From a virus (taxonomy: Duplodnaviria; Caudoviricetes), in the IMG/VR virus record IMGVR_UViG_3300006638_000005, positions 1 through 52,338 of that record: a DNA stretch of 52,338 nt. One strand, 5' to 3'. Of this stretch, positions 27,851 to 36,772 are shown piece after piece. Made by a program: the position numbers and the translations under genes. The notes beneath the pieces are model-generated. The model did not search any database. It was not told the origin of the DNA and worked only from the letters and a program-made list of their open reading frames with translations. Positions within the stretch are counted from its first letter, which is position 1. Each line of letters opens with the position of its first letter.

Positions 27851-28642
27851 CCTATAGGCTTGCTCCACGCGCAGGGCGTGCAGCGCGCCGGTCAGCGCCC
27901 ACGGCGACACACAACCAACGCGGTAAAATCAAATTGAACTCAAAAAATCAAATATAGTTTTTGGCTTGTAAAAGTCAGGTACGCGGGCGCGGAGGCAGCG
28001 CGCAATCGGCGGCCGCAACCCCTACACTAAGGCGTGGCGCACCTGTAGATACAGGCGTCCGGCGCACACACTACAGGCGTCGCATGCCGATAAGAGACGT
28101 TATCGTGAGTGTGGATACGTGCGTGTCACACCCTATATGCGTCGTCTGAGCTGTCGCTCAGTACGCCGCGCGTCGCTACAGGCACGCGCACGGAGCTGCG
28201 CACGTGCACGAGGCACTATGCGTCGCGGGCTTGGCAGGTCGAGGGCACCGGCCGCTATCGTGCCACACGTATCAACATATCCTGATGCGACGATACGAGC
28301 GCACGTTCCCTCACCCATGCGGCTATAGACAGCTATAAACCACACTTATACCACCATAAGCCACGCTCATGAGCTTATACACGTATAAATAACTCTTATA
28401 CATGCACGCAACTGGCTTTGTTTGCTTACATATGTACGTACGTCTCTACTGTCTCGCGTGCTCCGCACGCTCACCAGGGCGATCCGTCCGTGTGTCGCGA
28501 CCACGTGCCGCTATGCCACACCGTCACTCATACATTAAAGTCTGTTAATACACGTGATAACACGCAAATTAATACTTGACTTGCTACACCCAATATGAGA
28601 CCGTATGAGTGTACCTATACGGTACTAGGAGTCGATATAGTC

Positions 28643-29803
28643 ATGAGTACCGAATGGCATGAACGTGAACGCGCGCGTTTCGACGATGGTACGTACAAAC
28701 CAATCCCGGTAGCACTCAGCTACCCCGCTGAACACTTTGTACACCTGAGTGTCACTGAGACCGAGATCGACACTGTAGCTTATACACCGTCTGACGAGTA
28801 CGGCGCGCGCGACCGTCAGGTGAGACTCAAGTTTGGCCGATACCTGCATAAGACGTTTACTGACCTGACCGACGCGGAGATACAGTCGTACGTTATCGAG
28901 CTGAAGTCCGCGTTGTCTATTGAGTTGTCTGCGCCAACGCTGCATTTCGCAACGGACCGCGCGACCATTAACGATATCTTCGAGACTCGCATGTACGCTT
29001 GCGGCAGCACATACAAGAGCTGCATGCACGGCACGTTCGACGGCGACACCGTCAGGCCATACCACGTTTATGCCGATTCACCTGATGTCCAGGTAGCTTA
29101 CGTCATAGCAAACGGCAACATCAGATCCAGGTCGGTCGTCAGTGTCAAAGATAAGATCTGGGTGCGCGCGTACTCAGTCGCGGACGGAGACAATGACGCG
29201 GACTGCGGAGCGCTCAAGCAATTGCTTAAGGACGCAGGCTACTCGAAAGGCGATCTGTGCGGCAATCGCCTGACGAAGCTGGACACTGGCGACGTGATGC
29301 TGCCTTATGTCGATAATGCAGGTGCGATGGTACGCGACAACGGTGAGTACTGGACCGTTGTAGCCGACGAAGACGAAGCAGACTATACGTGTGACCGCAC
29401 GGATGGTACTGCAAGATCCGTTAACAGGTGCGAAGATTGCGGCAACCGACGTAACGACTGCGAGTGTTACGTGTGTGAGTGCTGCAATGAACGCTCGCCG
29501 GACGGGTGCGAAGAGTGCAGCATATGCGAAGAGTGCAGCCGTTGCACTCAGCATGACGGCTGCAACTGTAACAGGTGCTCCGAATGTAACGAGATAATTA
29601 TGAGACCGCGTCACAGATATATAACGTCATGCAATTGCGACCGATGCTCCGAATGCGGCGAATTAGACGACGAGTGCAACTGTGACAAGTGCGACGAATG
29701 CGGATGCCTGGAAACGGATTGTGAGTGCGAAGACGAGTCGGAAGAGTCGGAAGACGAGACCGAGACTGTTACGGTAGCTGTCGCGGACGAAGAGGCTGCA
29801 TGA
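28643..29803 (+). CDS. Early protein with SCM/PYxD-motif domain and Cys-rich, acidic C-terminus
   Basis: KFGRYL, SCMHG and LPYVD motifs; about 27 Cys in the last 125 aa. Start may be 28595. Confidence 0.75.
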   Translation: MSTEWHERERARFDDGTYKPIPVALSYPAEHFVHLSVTETEIDTVAYTPSDEYGARDRQVRLKFGRYLHKTFTDLTDAEIQSYVIELKSALSIELSAPTLHFATDRATINDIFETRMYACGSTYKSCMHGTFDGDTVRPYHVYADSPDVQVAYVIANGNIRSRSVVSVKDKIWVRAYSVADGDNDADCGALKQLLKDAGYSKGDLCGNRLTKLDTGDVMLPYVDNAGAMVRDNGEYWTVVADEDEADYTCDRTDGTARSVNRCEDCGNRRNDCECYVCECCNERSPDGCEECSICEECSRCTQHDGCNCNRCSECNEIIMRPRHRYITSCNCDRCSECGELDDECNCDKCDECGCLETDCECEDESEESEDETETVTVAVADEEAA

Positions 29804-30651
29804 AAACGAGAATGCCAGGCAACGAAGTAAAGCGTATCCGCGAAATGCTGTCTTACAGGCGGCCTGCACGGTCCAAAACTGAGTCGGAATTTATATCCCG
29901 GTACATCGATAACGTGCCTGACATATACCAGGACGAGTATGGCAATCGTTTGCTGCTTGAGTCTGACAGCAAGGTCATAATATCGTGCCATACCGACTCG
30001 GTACACCATATACCAGGTAAGCAGGTGCTTAACGTGTCGCATCAAAACATTATGTCGCTGCATAAGCACGAGCACGTGTCAAATTGTCTCGGAGCTGACG
30101 ACGCGGCCGGCGTTTACGCCGCATTACGAATGATAGAGGCCGGCGTCAAAGTGAATTACATATTTCATCGCGACGAAGAGTCGGGTGGACGCGGTAGTGC
30201 TTGGCTTGCACAAGAGTATAGCGAATGGTTAAGTACTTTCGACATTTGCCTCGCACTGGACCGACGCGGCACTAACGACGTAATCGTTTCCCAAAGCTGG
30301 GGTATGTCCGCATCCGAAGAGTTTTCCAAAGGTCTCGCGTTGCAGCTCGGTATGGAGCACAAAGCGGCAGACGGTATCTTTACAGATTCCGCAAACTACG
30401 TTGATCTGATACCGGAGTGCTCAAACCTGAGTATTGGCTACCAGCACGAGCATACGACGCGCGAAACGCTTGACTTGAACTATCTGGAACGGGTCATAGG
30501 CGCGCTGGTATCGGTCGATTGGACTAAGGTGCCGGTAGCGCGTGAACCAGGTCAGGAATGGCCTGAAATAGAGTTTGAAGACGAAAGGGAGTTACGCGAC
30601 GCAGATGTGCCGGATTGGTTGTACAGCGGGAAATGGAGCAGGACGCAGTAA
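29800..30651 (+). CDS. Zinc-dependent peptidase/hydrolase (M28/M20-like)
   Basis: HTDSVH, LGADDAAG, DEESGGRGS, LDRRG, FTDSANY and HEHT motifs; ATGA coupling. Confidence 0.85.
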   Translation: MKTRMPGNEVKRIREMLSYRRPARSKTESEFISRYIDNVPDIYQDEYGNRLLLESDSKVIISCHTDSVHHIPGKQVLNVSHQNIMSLHKHEHVSNCLGADDAAGVYAALRMIEAGVKVNYIFHRDEESGGRGSAWLAQEYSEWLSTFDICLALDRRGTNDVIVSQSWGMSASEEFSKGLALQLGMEHKAADGIFTDSANYVDLIPECSNLSIGYQHEHTTRETLDLNYLERVIGALVSVDWTKVPVAREPGQEWPEIEFEDERELRDADVPDWLYSGKWSRTQ

Positions 30652-30774
30652 CACTACGAATTAAGTCTCTCTGACAGTGTGGGACCCTCTCAGGGTCCCG
30701 GTACGGAATGGCGCCCCATGCTCACGACGCGTGTAATGTACGCGACGTGAATCTTGCGCCCGAGAGTCGAAACG

Positions 30775-31134
30775 ATGGCAATAACAATTACACGCGATTT
30801 CGCGCTTGCTGACAGATACCTTTACGATTTCAAGGTGCTGACAATATCAAAAGGCTGGGCGCAACTAGATACGCGACAGGACGCCGGTTATTTTGGTCAG
30901 TGGATCAACCCGACACGTCGCGAAATCTTCTGTTACTGCGAAGGGGACACGATACTGACTCGTTGCGATACGGACGCGGAGCTAGTAGCGGAACTGGAAC
31001 GAATCGAAACTTGGAACCGCGAGCAAGGATACGACGATTTCAGAATAGGGAAGCCTATCGCTATCGATCCGGGCTTCAGTGATGATCTGAAAGCAGCGTG
31101 TAATGCGGCCGGTCTAGCTGTATGGTTGCATTAG
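30775..31134 (+). CDS. Hypothetical phage protein (119 aa)
   Basis: DRYLYDF...GWAQLDTRQDAGYFGQWINP...YCEGD. Confidence 0.7.
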   Translation: MAITITRDFALADRYLYDFKVLTISKGWAQLDTRQDAGYFGQWINPTRREIFCYCEGDTILTRCDTDAELVAELERIETWNREQGYDDFRIGKPIAIDPGFSDDLKAACNAAGLAVWLH

Positions 31135-31730
31135 CGCTTGCAACCGCGCGCGACTCGCTCGAATCGCGCGCGGTCGAATCCTGCCTTACATCGCTCGCGC
31201 CGGCGTCGCGTCGCGTCTATGCGGCTCGCATCCGAGACTACCTTGCATGGTCGCGTGGCTCTCCGCTGGACCGCGAACACGTCCAGCGTTACATGCGCGC
31301 GCTCGAACTACAAGCGGCGTCAGCACAAGTCCGAAACCAGGCTTTAGCGGCACTAAAGAAACTGGCCGGCGAAGCCGCGGAGCTGGCCTGGATAGAACAA
31401 TCCGCGGCGGCGCAAATAGGGCGCATCAAGGCGCGCCGCATCACAGGTATCAGGTCGGGCAAGTGGCTGACGCGCGATCAGGCACAACGGTTGCTCGCGG
31501 CGCCAGACCGCACAACGGTACAGGGCAGGCGTGACAGCGTGGTACTTGCGTTGCTGTTAGGGTGCGGCCTAAGGCGCGACGAAGCTGTAAGGCTGACATC
31601 GGCACAATGTATCGCGATGGACGGGCGCATGGTGCTGCGGAATGTCGAGGGTAAGGGCGGGCGCATCAGGTCCGTCAGCGTGCCCGGGTGGGCACAAACG
31701 ACAATCGAAAACTGGATAAAGGAGCTATAA
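31122..31730 (+). CDS. Tyrosine recombinase, N-terminal part (core-binding domain plus catalytic R and K)
   Basis: SRRVY, RNQALAALK, RRDSVVLALLLGCGLRRDE and GKGGRIRSV motifs; stops before HxxR. Confidence 0.85.
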   Translation: MVALALATARDSLESRAVESCLTSLAPASRRVYAARIRDYLAWSRGSPLDREHVQRYMRALELQAASAQVRNQALAALKKLAGEAAELAWIEQSAAAQIGRIKARRITGIRSGKWLTRDQAQRLLAAPDRTTVQGRRDSVVLALLLGCGLRRDEAVRLTSAQCIAMDGRMVLRNVEGKGGRIRSVSVPGWAQTTIENWIKEL

Positions 31731-31739
31731 GGATACGAC

Positions 31740-31943
31740 ATGAAAAATAGAACAAGCGCGACGGCCAGACGTAATGACCGGATACGTGATGAGCACGAAG
31801 CCAAGCTTGCACGCGGTTACGATCCGGCTGAACCGTGGAGCGATTACGCGTTGGATCAGGCGGCATGGCGCATATCCATCGGTACCGGGACGCAGGCGGA
31901 CAAAGATGCACTGGCACACCAGAGGGCCGAGGTGTCCAAATGA
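31740..31943 (+). CDS. Hypothetical protein between the recombinase halves (67 aa)
   Basis: AAGGA RBS; ORF track. Confidence 0.55.
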   Translation: MKNRTSATARRNDRIRDEHEAKLARGYDPAEPWSDYALDQAAWRISIGTGTQADKDALAHQRAEVSK

Positions 31944-32074
31944 CATCACCTCCATTTGCGGATCGGAATGCACAAACCGTAAAACGCCTGGTGCAAACAG
32001 GTGACGCGGAAATGGCTGGATTACAAGCAAAGTTACTCGTACATGACTGGCGGGTGGCTCTTGGCGAGATATAG
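31940..32074 (+). CDS. Hypothetical 44-aa protein between the recombinase halves
   Basis: MTSPPFADRNAQ...; GAGGT RBS and ATGA coupling. Confidence 0.4.
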   Translation: MTSPPFADRNAQTVKRLVQTGDAEMAGLQAKLLVHDWRVALGEI

Positions 32075-32360
32075 CCTGGTACTGCGCGCCGTCCGACGCG
32101 ACGGCTCCATCAACGGTTCCCTCAGCTCGTCCGCCGTGCGCGACATCGTGCGGCGGTACGGGCGCGCTATTGGCGTGCCTGATCTCGCGCCGCATGACCT
32201 GAGACGGACAATGGCTAAACTTTCTCGCGAAGGTGGCGCGCCGATGGAAACGATCCAGAAGACGTTAGGTCACGCGAGCCTGCGGACGACTGAAATTTAC
32301 ACGGCCACTGGTGAAGAGGCGAACGCCGGCGACTTTCTGCGACTGGAAGGAGCGAAATGA
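32001..32360 (+). CDS. Tyrosine recombinase, C-terminal part (HxxR, H, catalytic Y)
   Basis: LAPHDLRRT...IQKTLGHASLRTTEIY; start uncertain (GTG 32001 or ATG 32043). Confidence 0.8.
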   Translation: MTRKWLDYKQSYSYMTGGWLLARYSLVLRAVRRDGSINGSLSSSAVRDIVRRYGRAIGVPDLAPHDLRRTMAKLSREGGAPMETIQKTLGHASLRTTEIYTATGEEANAGDFLRLEGAK

Positions 32361-32578
32361 ACGAGTATTACACCGAATACCTGAAAACACACGGCACGCC
32401 CGCCGAGCTACGCGAGATCCTCGGTACAGGCTGGGGTATCTGCCGCCCGACACAGCGTAATCTGGAAAGGTACGCACGCTGCATCACCAAAAAGCAATAC
32501 GACGAGGCGAACCGGCTCGCGGTTGCGCGTCGTGTTGTAGCGTGTACATCGCGTCAAGTCAGTAGTCCGCTTCCCTGA
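32357..32578 (+). CDS. Hypothetical protein (73 aa)
   Basis: AAGGAG RBS; ATGA coupling. Confidence 0.55.
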   Translation: MNEYYTEYLKTHGTPAELREILGTGWGICRPTQRNLERYARCITKKQYDEANRLAVARRVVACTSRQVSSPLP

Positions 32579-33416
32579 ACTCGTCTTCGTGCGGCAGCTC
32601 CCGTTCCTGAACATCGTCCAATGGAGCTGCCGTTGTTGCCGTTTGTTCCGGCACAACTTCACCATAAAACAGCGCATGCATTTTCTCTTTGGTTTTAGCT
32701 CGTTTCTCGCGATCCTTGCGCCTGAACCCCGTAATCTTGCTGACGTGCGCATCCTCAAGCGCTTTGAACTCAGGCGAGTCCGGCAGCCCCATGAACGCAA
32801 TGATCGTGCCAAACTTGTCCCGCACAACGTCGCGCTTCGGGTTCGCGTAGTAAGGCACAAGGTTCTCGGGGTCGCCGCGATCCAGCTTCGGCAGTATACG
32901 CGTAACGGTCACTTCCAAGTCCGAGTGCCAGTGGTAATCTTCGTCAACGTAGTAGCGCGGCCTGAAGTTAGGGCAGTTCTCCGCGGCCAGCTTTCGCAGC
33001 AGCCGCGCAGGCTGGTCGCCTCCGGGCATTGTGAACGTCGCGGCACAACATTCGCACAGGTAAATCCACTGTTGCGTCGTCTCATCGCGGCACAATATCT
33101 GGAGCGCGCGACCATGCAGCACTTCGGGACCATCGGGGTCGTTTACGCGCTTCAGTCTGTTGCCCATCGGGCTGTAGAACCGCATTCCGGTCGCGTCAAC
33201 AGCGTTTGAGCGTAGTCGGCGAGCACAACCACAGCTATATCTACTCTTGTAGTAGGCTTGCGGGTAGGCCAGCACTACCTCGGTGCCGCAGTCGCAAACA
33301 CATACGATATCGCTCCACGATCCCGGTCTGGCTTGGCGCACAATTGTAAATAGAGTTCCGGTTAAACGCTGTTTCTCACTGAAAACATTACTGTTAGCTG
33401 CCATAATTGACATCAT
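32559..33416 (-). CDS. Protein with two CxCxC zinc-binding repeats of the kind found N-terminal to HNH/AP2 endonucleases (285 aa)
   Basis: VCVCDCG...SCGC and WIYLCECC motifs; no HNH catalytic motif seen. Confidence 0.65.
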   Translation of the reverse strand: MMSIMAANSNVFSEKQRLTGTLFTIVRQARPGSWSDIVCVCDCGTEVVLAYPQAYYKSRYSCGCARRLRSNAVDATGMRFYSPMGNRLKRVNDPDGPEVLHGRALQILCRDETTQQWIYLCECCAATFTMPGGDQPARLLRKLAAENCPNFRPRYYVDEDYHWHSDLEVTVTRILPKLDRGDPENLVPYYANPKRDVVRDKFGTIIAFMGLPDSPEFKALEDAHVSKITGFRRKDREKRAKTKEKMHALFYGEVVPEQTATTAAPLDDVQERELPHEDEFREADY

Positions 33417-33421
33417 AACAT

Positions 33422-33541
33422 TATATTTAATTATATTGTAGCGCTAAGGTACCTCCGTTCACGCGCGGGCGCATTTTAAAAAGCTCTTTGGCGCGCATAC
33501 GTGAGAGACGGTACCTTAGCGCTACAATATAATTAAATATA
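33422..33541. repeat. Perfect 32-bp inverted repeat with 56-bp spacer
   Basis: TATATTTAATTATATTGTAGCGCTAAGGTACC (33422-33453) and its exact reverse complement (33510-33541). Confidence 0.95.
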
Positions 33542-33575
33542 GATTGATGTTATTCTTGTAGCAGGTACAAACACA

Positions 33576-33791
33576 ATGTCTCCGCAAAGGCAACCACACC
33601 CGAATCCACACTACCCGGAGTTCGTGCCCGGATACCGTATTCCCGGCACATACCTGACCGTGCGCTTTGTATTCGGCACTTGTCTTATGTCGGTGCAGTG
33701 CGATTGCGGCTGGTGGATCGCGATCAGTTGCCGTATAGCGGCAGGAAAGAATTGTCCGAAGCACTGCAACATGTGCAGGGCTCGGGATTGA
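33576..33791 (+). CDS. Small CDCG zinc-binding protein (71 aa)
   Basis: GTYLTV...QCDCG...HCNMC. Confidence 0.6.
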   Translation: MSPQRQPHPNPHYPEFVPGYRIPGTYLTVRFVFGTCLMSVQCDCGWWIAISCRIAAGKNCPKHCNMCRARD

Positions 33792-33800
33792 TTTTGATTC

Positions 33801-33830
33801 TTGACTTGACAGGTCCGATACACGTATCCT
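33801..33830 (+). promoter_or_regulatory. Possible promoter for a leaderless HTH gene transcript
   Basis: TTGACT-N18-TATCCT, 7 nt before ATG 33838. Confidence 0.4.
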
Positions 33831-33837
33831 GAGACGG

Positions 33838-34206
33838 ATGCCCGTGTCAGTACCGCCAAAGCCGCAGCCGCAACCGCCTGTCGCGCCGGTCCCGAGCGCC
33901 ATAGTGCCGCGCCGCGGCGTTAAGGCCGGGAGGCGCCCGAACGCCTACCCGGAGCTTGACTACCAGGTAGTGAGCGCCGCATTAGACGTGCATCCCACCT
34001 GGCTCGGTCGCGTCCTGAACGGGCGGTTCAGGCCGTCGATGCAGATGGCGAGTAAACTGGCCGCGTACATGGGCTGGACTTTAGATCAGGTGAACGCGTT
34101 CTACAAACCGAAACAGAAAGTAACGAAGCAAAAAGGGAAGGTAACAAATGCCGCGAGTCGAAACAATCGTTCTACCAGCAACAGCAAACGAAAACGTAAA
34201 GGCTGA
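33838..34206 (+). CDS. XRE/Cro-like HTH regulator with basic tail
   Basis: VSAALDVHPTWLGRVLNGRFRPSMQMASKLA. Confidence 0.75.
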   Translation: MPVSVPPKPQPQPPVAPVPSAIVPRRGVKAGRRPNAYPELDYQVVSAALDVHPTWLGRVLNGRFRPSMQMASKLAAYMGWTLDQVNAFYKPKQKVTKQKGKVTNAASRNNRSTSNSKRKRKG

Positions 34207-35347
34207 AAGCGTTTACGCCGGTACCGTGTTGCGTATACCGGCGTCGAAGCTGGTGTCGCGCACGAACGCGCGTCCCGGCGACGCGCCCGCCGACGAGCAT
34301 AGGCGCATCGAATCGCTTGCGGCGTCGATGCGCGCAACCGGTCAGATCATGCCGCTCGTGGTGGATCGCGGCGGCGCGGACGAATGGTTCGTGGTGGCGG
34401 GCACGCGCAGGCTGGCGGCGGCGCGCACAATTGACGAACATTACATGCTCGACTGCATCGTGCGGCGCGACGGGACAGATGCGTTGCAGGTCGCCATACA
34501 CGAGAACACGCGGCGTCGCGGCTACAACGCGCTCCAGTACGCGCACCTGATCGCGGCGGTGCGGGCGGAGAAACACTTTACGGGCACAAAAGAGATCGCG
34601 TCATACATGGGCTGCTCGCGGGCTCAGATCAAGCAGCACGAGCGGTTACTGGCGAAACCGGAAAGCATGAACGACGCAGCGTATAAGCTGCTGCTCGCGG
34701 ACCTGACCGGTAGAAACATGCGTGCGGACGCCGCATTCTACGCGCTGACGCACGTGGAACCCGAGCGGACAGGCGAAGTGCTCGAACGGGCGGCTCAAAT
34801 AGCGCGGGAGGAAACTGCCGCCAAGCCGCCACGGAAGCAAAAGCAGACTGTTACCCACGCCAAACCGTCACCGACGACGCCAGCGCCGCAGGAATCGCAG
34901 CAATCGACATCTGAGAGCGAGCCTGAACCTGCCAAAACTACTACCGAAACGCCCGTTGTCCAGAAACGGCACGTGGAACGCGCCGCAAAGGAAGCGAAGG
35001 CCGTGCGTAAGAACGCGCCGAAAGCCCGCGGCCGCGCCGCCGTATCCACTGCCGCCGGTATCACGCGCACGTTGCCGGATCTGCGCAAACTGTTCGACAC
35101 TTTACGCGGTACCTTGTACCCGGACCCGATGCGCGCGTTCATATCGAAAGTGAACTGCTGGTGGTCGGGCGACTGCACCGATAAAGAAGTGATACAGCAA
35201 TGGTCGCAACTGGCAATGCTGGTCGAAGACGGTCTGAAGCATTCGCGACCAACAAATACTGTTAACCGCAAGGCAGCGGCCGATACAAAGCGTATCGCTC
35301 GTCAATCAGGTGTCGGAAGCGGTCGTCGCGGCATGATCAGGACTTAA
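34148..35347 (+). CDS. ParB-like protein
   Basis: LAASMRATGQIMPLVV, VAGTRRLAA and IHENTRR motifs, then an HTH (IASYMGCSRAQI). Confidence 0.8.
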   Translation: MPRVETIVLPATANENVKAESVYAGTVLRIPASKLVSRTNARPGDAPADEHRRIESLAASMRATGQIMPLVVDRGGADEWFVVAGTRRLAAARTIDEHYMLDCIVRRDGTDALQVAIHENTRRRGYNALQYAHLIAAVRAEKHFTGTKEIASYMGCSRAQIKQHERLLAKPESMNDAAYKLLLADLTGRNMRADAAFYALTHVEPERTGEVLERAAQIAREETAAKPPRKQKQTVTHAKPSPTTPAPQESQQSTSESEPEPAKTTTETPVVQKRHVERAAKEAKAVRKNAPKARGRAAVSTAAGITRTLPDLRKLFDTLRGTLYPDPMRAFISKVNCWWSGDCTDKEVIQQWSQLAMLVEDGLKHSRPTNTVNRKAAADTKRIARQSGVGSGRRGMIRT

Positions 35348-35357
35348 GTGTCGCAAA

Positions 35358-35386
35358 TTGACCTTACCGTAACATTCCGATAACCT
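35358..35386 (+). promoter_or_regulatory. Sigma70-type promoter
   Basis: TTGACC-N17-TAACCT, intergenic. Confidence 0.5.
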
Positions 35387-35396
35387 CTTTAACATT

Positions 35397-36710
35397 GTGT
35401 ACAGGGATGCCGCGCCCGCAACACGACCGTCCGGTACTGTCGCTACGCTCAAGCCTTACGAGGTCGAGCGTCCACGCCCGTTCCTGGTCTCCAGCACGCG
35501 CTCGCCGCTTGCGTCGCCACAGACGCCAGTCCATAGACTCGCCGCTGCCGTGCAGCAACTCTTATACTTTCCCGACCCCGGCCCTCTCTACGCCGTATGC
35601 GGCACCGTATGCGCCAACGTCATGCGCGGCTACCCGACGTGGCTCATGCTGATAGGGCCGCCTGAATCCGGCAAGACGGAACTCCTGAAGCAACTCGTTG
35701 GCTTACAGGGCATTAAGGAATGTGGCGACTTATCGGGTAAGGCGGCGCTCATGTCCGGCACGTCTCTCAAGGAACACGCCGCCGACTCTACAGGCGGGCT
35801 CCTGATGGACATGCCGTTATCCGAGCGTGAGAACGGAGTCCGCCGCGGCCTGCTCGTAATGCTGGACTTTGCCCGTACCGTACTGGCCGGCGACCCCGGT
35901 GCCGCGCGCTCCACTATGGGAGCTATCGGTATGTTGCACGATCAGCACTGGCAGCGCGAATTAGGCACGGACGGCGGACGTACTATTGAGTTCAAGGGCC
36001 GCGTCGGTTTCATTGCCGCCTGTACCGACATGATCGACCACCCGGACCACCAGCAAACTAATGCCGAGATGGGCGAGCGATGCCTGTATTACCGGTACCC
36101 TGTATCGGACGGGTATCACGAGATAAACGCTACCCTGGACTCGCCGGACGGTACCGACAAAAGCAAACAACTGCATGAACTGTTCGGCAAATTCTGGGCG
36201 GAACTGGAGTGGCCTGATGCGTGGGACGACGCGGAAGAACCACGGCGGCTGACGGACAAGGAACGTAAAACGGTCGCGGCGCTGGCGCAGTTCGCCGCGC
36301 GGGCGCGGTCGGGTGTGCAGCGCGACAAGTACAAACGCGAAGAGGTGCAGGGTGTTAGCAGGGCGGCGCTGGGACCAAGGCTGGCTAACTCGCTCGCGCA
36401 GTTGTTACGCGGAATGGAACGCGCCGGGTGTACAGAAGCGGAACGGCATCGCGTCGTGGCGCAATGCGCTCTTGATTCGATCCCCGGTATCAGGGCCGCC
36501 GTAATAGACCTGATACGGAAGCTGCCGAGCACCACGACGGAGGTGGCGCGCAGCATCCGGGTGAGCCCGAGCGCGGCGAAACGTACCCTGGAGGACTTGA
36601 GGCTGCACGGGCTGGCCGACTGTACCCAGGGCGACGGGAACGGGAGCTGGCGTCTAAGTGATGTAGCACGTAGTCTCATGAAGGCCGGGTGGGGCGATCT
36701 TGAGGACTGA
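35397..36710 (+). CDS. MCM-like AAA+ ATPase/helicase with C-terminal winged helix
   Basis: Walker A GPPESGKT, GGLL, LLVMLDF, FIAACT, ERCL and GPRLA motifs. Confidence 0.7.
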   Translation: MYRDAAPATRPSGTVATLKPYEVERPRPFLVSSTRSPLASPQTPVHRLAAAVQQLLYFPDPGPLYAVCGTVCANVMRGYPTWLMLIGPPESGKTELLKQLVGLQGIKECGDLSGKAALMSGTSLKEHAADSTGGLLMDMPLSERENGVRRGLLVMLDFARTVLAGDPGAARSTMGAIGMLHDQHWQRELGTDGGRTIEFKGRVGFIAACTDMIDHPDHQQTNAEMGERCLYYRYPVSDGYHEINATLDSPDGTDKSKQLHELFGKFWAELEWPDAWDDAEEPRRLTDKERKTVAALAQFAARARSGVQRDKYKREEVQGVSRAALGPRLANSLAQLLRGMERAGCTEAERHRVVAQCALDSIPGIRAAVIDLIRKLPSTTTEVARSIRVSPSAAKRTLEDLRLHGLADCTQGDGNGSWRLSDVARSLMKAGWGDLED

Positions 36711-36772
36711 AATAACTTTTCACGTTGCCGTTGACAATTTGGACTTTATACGTTAAGAATAGAAGTGCCGCG

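Noticed and set aside
28576-28610. Sigma70 promoter for the early genes
   Set aside because: TTGACT is present but there is no convincing -10 at 16-18 bp spacing.
31728-32000. Group I/II intron or stop-codon reassignment joining the recombinase halves
   Set aside because: No intron core motifs recognised; the stops are a mix of TAA and TGA and other genes use the standard code. Not fully excluded without RNA data.
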